From the NCBI GenBank assembly GCA_043824255.1, contig JBDRTG010000021.1:9377-73376 (forward strand): a stretch of DNA of 64,000 nucleotides, in the 5' to 3' direction. The notes beneath the pieces were generated by a model, which had not been told where the DNA came from, made no database searches, and was given only the letters and a program-made list of their open reading frames with translations. A program made the position numbers and the translations under genes. The DNA comes from a bacterium. Lineage in GTDB: Bacteria; JAHJDO01. Position 1 is the stretch's first letter. Every line of letters begins with the position of its first letter. Shown here in pieces: positions 60,207-64,000 of this stretch.

Positions 60207-60238
60207 ATCACACCTCCATTTTATTTTATAAGAATATT

Positions 60239-61018
60239 CTAATAGAGTTCACCTACCAAGAGTTTTCTTCGTCCCTCCACATGTCCATCGCAGAAAAGAA
60301 CATTGAAAGATCCATTATGAAGATTCCTCCAGCCATCATCCTCATCTATATCACCGTCATTATCGCCTCCGAGAATGTCTGAGTTAGCGTTGAAATAAGT
60401 TGCCACTAGAAGAACGCCATATGATACATTACTCGCAGCGCGAGAGCAACAAAGCAAAACCTTTTCGCTTGGCTGCGGTATTTTCCCTAATTTGGGATAT
60501 TTTGATTCCCATAGAGCTGCTTCTGAGGGATAGCCATACACTCTTTGTAAATCTGAATTCATTGAAAAGTTCATAGGCATAGAGTAATAGACCCCTTTGT
60601 CGCTGGGACATTTATAAATGGTAGATTTTGCGTATGCGGCTCTGATAGATGCCTCATCTGTAGCGTAGGCAGGAATGTCATAATTGGTATAACCTGCATT
60701 ATCAAGAAGTTGTGCCCATGATTTATCAGAGTTGGAAGCAAGATTGCTCCATGCATAGGGAAAGTAATCGTCATTATCATCAGCATACATCTGAAAAGCC
60801 AATCCAATCTGTTTCAGATTGCTAACACACTTTATACTTCTCGCCATTTCCCTTGCCTTTGAGAGCGCAGGCAAAAGTACTGATGCAAGCAAGGCGATGA
60901 TCGCTATTACGACCAGAAGCTCCATTAACGTAAAACTGAGGGAAGAGCGCAAAGGGCAAAGCACAGAGCGCAAAGAAGATCTTTTAGACCCCAAAATCCT
61001 TCTCATTTTACTTAACAT
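60239..61018 (-). CDS. Prepilin-type N-terminal cleavage/methylation protein with DUF1559 / H-X9-DG domain
   Basis: Basic leader, [44 protein letters not shown], and [12 protein letters not shown]. Confidence 0.93.
   Translation of the reverse strand: MLSKMRRILGSKRSSLRSVLCPLRSSLSFTLMELLVVIAIIALLASVLLPALSKAREMARSIKCVSNLKQIGLAFQMYADDNDDYFPYAWSNLASNSDKSWAQLLDNAGYTNYDIPAYATDEASIRAAYAKSTIYKCPSDKGVYYSMPMNFSMNSDLQRVYGYPSEAALWESKYPKLGKIPQPSEKVLLCCSRAASNVSYGVLLVATYFNANSDILGGDNDGDIDEDDGWRNLHNGSFNVLFCDGHVEGRRKLLVGELY
60944..60971. repeat. Imperfect heptanucleotide tandem repeat in the prepilin leader
   Basis: AGAGCGC AAAGGGC AAAGCAC AGAGCGC. Confidence 0.6.
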
Positions 61019-61050
61019 TTTCTATTCTCTCCTTGTTTTCTCCTTGGCTT

Positions 61051-63993
61051 TTATCTCTCTGCAACTGTAACAACAAATGCCTTGACATCCTGTGGAAGAA
61101 TCTCGGTTTCAATTTCCTTTAAGTTTCCCAAGTCCTTTTCTTCATAGTAATCGTAAACCTTCATCTTCTGGTCGAACTTCTCGTTAATTATCTTGACCTT
61201 CTTTTTCGTCTTGTCTTCGTTAATCAGAAGAATCAGCCATATCTTTCCATCGGTAAATACAGTGACATCAGACGGACTCATCCCGGAAACCTTGACCAGG
61301 GAATTATCCATGCGATGAGATATAAAGAGACCCTCATAATCGGCAATCAGCCGGGAAATCTCTGCGGAAGCATAGAAGGTTCTTCCATCCAATCGGGGCA
61401 AAGTCCAAACCATAACTCCGCCGGTACCATCCACCGCCCGTCGCAATACGACAGCCTTGCTGACAAAACCAGGATATTCCTGACTGCTGACTCTATTAGG
61501 ATGAACGTTCTGCCCCAGCGCGAGAGGAGTTTTTCCTAAAGCCGCCAAGGTATCTGCTATCCGCTTTTTCGATCTTCCGTATCCACATATGGCTAAATCA
61601 ATCTTATCAGCCAGCATACTCCAATCAACTCCGTATCCTTCCTTTGTATGCTCGCATTGATAGCCGCTATAGACAGAGAAGACAATCTCCGGATTTGTCT
61701 TCTTTACTGCCTCTCTGAATCTACCGCATAGAAGAGCCATCCTCATATTCATAAATTTAACCCACTGTTTCCTGTAATTCTTTTTGATAATCTCAGGAGT
61801 AAGTTTCTCTGTTAGTGAAATTTTTGCAAACTCTTTGAACTTCTTTAAACAACAGGGACAGTAGCAGGAGATATAACTATACCAGACAGGAGATTCATAA
61901 TCCCAGTTAACATGGTCAACTTCACGTCTCTTTACCAATTCCGCAATTTTCTTTTCCACGTATTTCCATGCGGGAGAATCTTCTAAGAGCAGTGTAGTAC
62001 AGATTTGGTTTTTATGACCATCTCCGGGGACAAATCTTCTCACTCCTTCATTATCCAGTAAAGCCTTCTCCGGATGTTCGCTAAGATACGGTTCACAATT
62101 AATATTCCATGAGTTAAAATCAATTGAGGCTAAATTTTTAAGGTTTATCTCAATTGGAATCGGCTTACTGTACCATATCTCATTGAAACCGGCATTGATA
62201 AATGATTTAAGTATATAATTTTGACAAACCTTATCATCCATATTACGGAGCCAGCCGCTTCCTAGTAGCCAGACATATTTTTTAGGCTGCTTTCCTCGAA
62301 GTGGAGGAAGTATATTTACCTTCAGCTTCTGAGGGACTTCTTCTATGTCTCCTTTTTCCGCTTTCAGATAGTAATAAAATACTGTTTTATCCAAGTCAAA
62401 ACTTTTCTTTAAGACTGATAATTGAACAAGAATAGAGACAAGCTGATGACTACGGATGTTCCGGGATGTGATAGAATTTGGAGTGGTAATCAGATACTTT
62501 TTGTAATTCTTTTTGTTCCTTTTGACAGTCCCCTGCTCCTTGCAGGAAACAGGCAGCCATCCATAGTAGCTGCTAGCACCTAATACATTAAATTCTTCAG
62601 GCACTTCAAGAAAGAAGCTATAATCCGTTAATGTCCTTCCTTTAACTCCTTCGGGCACCAGAAACAACTGCTGAATAGAGTTTTGGGCGATTGAGATACC
62701 TCCCTTTTCCCAGTTAGGCCAGAAACGGCTCTGATTAAGCAAAATTATCTTACGTAAACAACCTTTCCCTTTTTCCCATGTATCATCCACAGCAAAGACA
62801 AAATCTTCAACTGAGAATTCTCCCTTGATTGACCCTTCAGTCTTTATCTCAATAATGTTTTCGCCTTTGACAAGAGGAGTTTCTTTTTCTGTCTCCTCCC
62901 CATTAACATAGAGTTTATAATCAGATTCAGCAGTTATATTAGCTTTGAGAACAGAGGACTTTACACTAGCAGAGTAAAGAGGAGAACGATAATAAACCTT
63001 AAAGGTAGCAGGGTCTAATATCCGGTATTGAAAAGAGAATTCACCGTCCTTATCCAGCAAGTAATCATAATTCAATTGTTTTTTTCCTGCCAGCTTATAG
63101 TCTTGAAATGCTCTCTTTTTTTCTCCCTTGGCAAATTTGATAGTTGTTTCTATTCTTAAAGAAGTATTTGGACGTTGCGGAATAATCTCAGCAGTTAGCT
63201 TGTTCTTACCACGATTGAAATTACCCATTTTTACCGAGCTAACCCTGGGGACACCTTTACCAAAGACAATCCTCCCAAACTCCTTGGCATTATGGAAGCC
63301 AGTCTCCATTGGCTGCCAGAGGCTGGTTTCCTTCTTATTCTGCTCTATCCTTCCCAGACACACTCCCCATGAATCTCTCTCTTTAACTATGGTATTTAGA
63401 GAAGAAAATGGAATAGACATCTCTGCTACCCAGTAGCCATTCTCTATCCTGGTAGAAATTTTAGCATTACTATTCCATGTTTTATCCCTGCTTCCCCATG
63501 GATTTTGACCTCCGCACTTCGCATCATTAATAATTCCTTGCCCATTAATAAAAATGTCAAAAAAAGTGTTCTTATCCCTGTTGGTATCAAGTAAAATCAC
63601 AATACAGTCATCTCCAAAAAGTTTATTATCATCATTTACCAGTGCATTTTTTTTAAAGGCATGTAATTGATTATTGACAGGATCAAGGACACTTGCCTCA
63701 CATCGAAATGCCACGTAGAGATTATCTTTATCGTAACATAGATAAGCTTTGGTTTGCTCTTTAGCAAACTTATTCTGATTCTTTAAGATAAATGGGGAGC
63801 CCTCTATAGTGTTTTTCCAGCATGCATCATTCAACACTCCATCTATCTGTGGAACAGCTGAGGTTTTTCCTGCCATTAACAAGCCTGTTTTGGGAGCAGC
63901 TCCTGAGGGTGAACTGAACATTAAAACACTAAATAAACTTAATAGGGAAATTAGCGATAAAACCTTTATCTTCTTTTGCTTATATCTACTCAT
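61051..63993 (-). CDS. Secreted CBM9-like + putative glycoside hydrolase protein, paralog of 50057..53623
   Basis: Signal peptide; PQIDGVLNDACW...YDKDNLY..DDC..W..EMSIPF; C-terminal WDYE, CYCPCC, YSGYQ, GVDW, CGYG. Confidence 0.7.
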   Translation of the reverse strand: MSRYKQKKIKVLSLISLLSLFSVLMFSSPSGAAPKTGLLMAGKTSAVPQIDGVLNDACWKNTIEGSPFILKNQNKFAKEQTKAYLCYDKDNLYVAFRCEASVLDPVNNQLHAFKKNALVNDDNKLFGDDCIVILLDTNRDKNTFFDIFINGQGIINDAKCGGQNPWGSRDKTWNSNAKISTRIENGYWVAEMSIPFSSLNTIVKERDSWGVCLGRIEQNKKETSLWQPMETGFHNAKEFGRIVFGKGVPRVSSVKMGNFNRGKNKLTAEIIPQRPNTSLRIETTIKFAKGEKKRAFQDYKLAGKKQLNYDYLLDKDGEFSFQYRILDPATFKVYYRSPLYSASVKSSVLKANITAESDYKLYVNGEETEKETPLVKGENIIEIKTEGSIKGEFSVEDFVFAVDDTWEKGKGCLRKIILLNQSRFWPNWEKGGISIAQNSIQQLFLVPEGVKGRTLTDYSFFLEVPEEFNVLGASSYYGWLPVSCKEQGTVKRNKKNYKKYLITTPNSITSRNIRSHQLVSILVQLSVLKKSFDLDKTVFYYYLKAEKGDIEEVPQKLKVNILPPLRGKQPKKYVWLLGSGWLRNMDDKVCQNYILKSFINAGFNEIWYSKPIPIEINLKNLASIDFNSWNINCEPYLSEHPEKALLDNEGVRRFVPGDGHKNQICTTLLLEDSPAWKYVEKKIAELVKRREVDHVNWDYESPVWYSYISCYCPCCLKKFKEFAKISLTEKLTPEIIKKNYRKQWVKFMNMRMALLCGRFREAVKKTNPEIVFSVYSGYQCEHTKEGYGVDWSMLADKIDLAICGYGRSKKRIADTLAALGKTPLALGQNVHPNRVSSQEYPGFVSKAVVLRRAVDGTGGVMVWTLPRLDGRTFYASAEISRLIADYEGLFISHRMDNSLVKVSGMSPSDVTVFTDGKIWLILLINEDKTKKKVKIINEKFDQKMKVYDYYEEKDLGNLKEIETEILPQDVKAFVVTVAER

Positions 63994-64000
63994 TTTCTTC

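Noticed and set aside
52939..60227. Duplicated segment as a DGR template/variable repeat pair
   Set aside because: The differences include an indel and are not adenine-specific, the repeat is N-terminal and ~700 bp, and there is no reverse transcriptase in the window.

Overview
This is an AT-rich bacterial chromosomal segment. Lipid A acyltransferase and ADP-heptose genes, sulfide-dependent homocysteine synthesis genes and an H-X9-DG prepilin suggest a diderm anaerobe of PVC or candidate-phylum type (inference). About 1-49.5 kb is mostly housekeeping: dusB, maf, rlmB, corA, miaB, guaB3-like, uvrB, dxs, thiE, secG-pgk-gap, alr, tsaBE, mtnA, heptose genes, coaBC, rpoZ, valS and pmm/pgm. Small accessory insertions interrupt it: a Zn-ribbon/SEC-C pair, a GT4-GH130 pair, a deacetylase-DUF4450-amidohydrolase block and a Phd-PIN toxin-antitoxin pair. 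The last ~14.5 kb is a minus-strand glycan-targeting island, with an H-X9-DG/DUF1559 prepilin among very large secreted CBM/glycoside-hydrolase-like and PKD proteins. Three successive gene units in that island each end in the same 23-bp sequence, and one unit is an internally deleted, near-identical duplicate. Several other genes survive only as fused N- and C-termini or terminal fragments. GTAG-type REP palindromes are built into coding sequences (dxs, phasin-like gene). I could not recognise any rRNA, tRNA, CRISPR array, integrase or transposase. All family calls come from motif recognition, not database searches.
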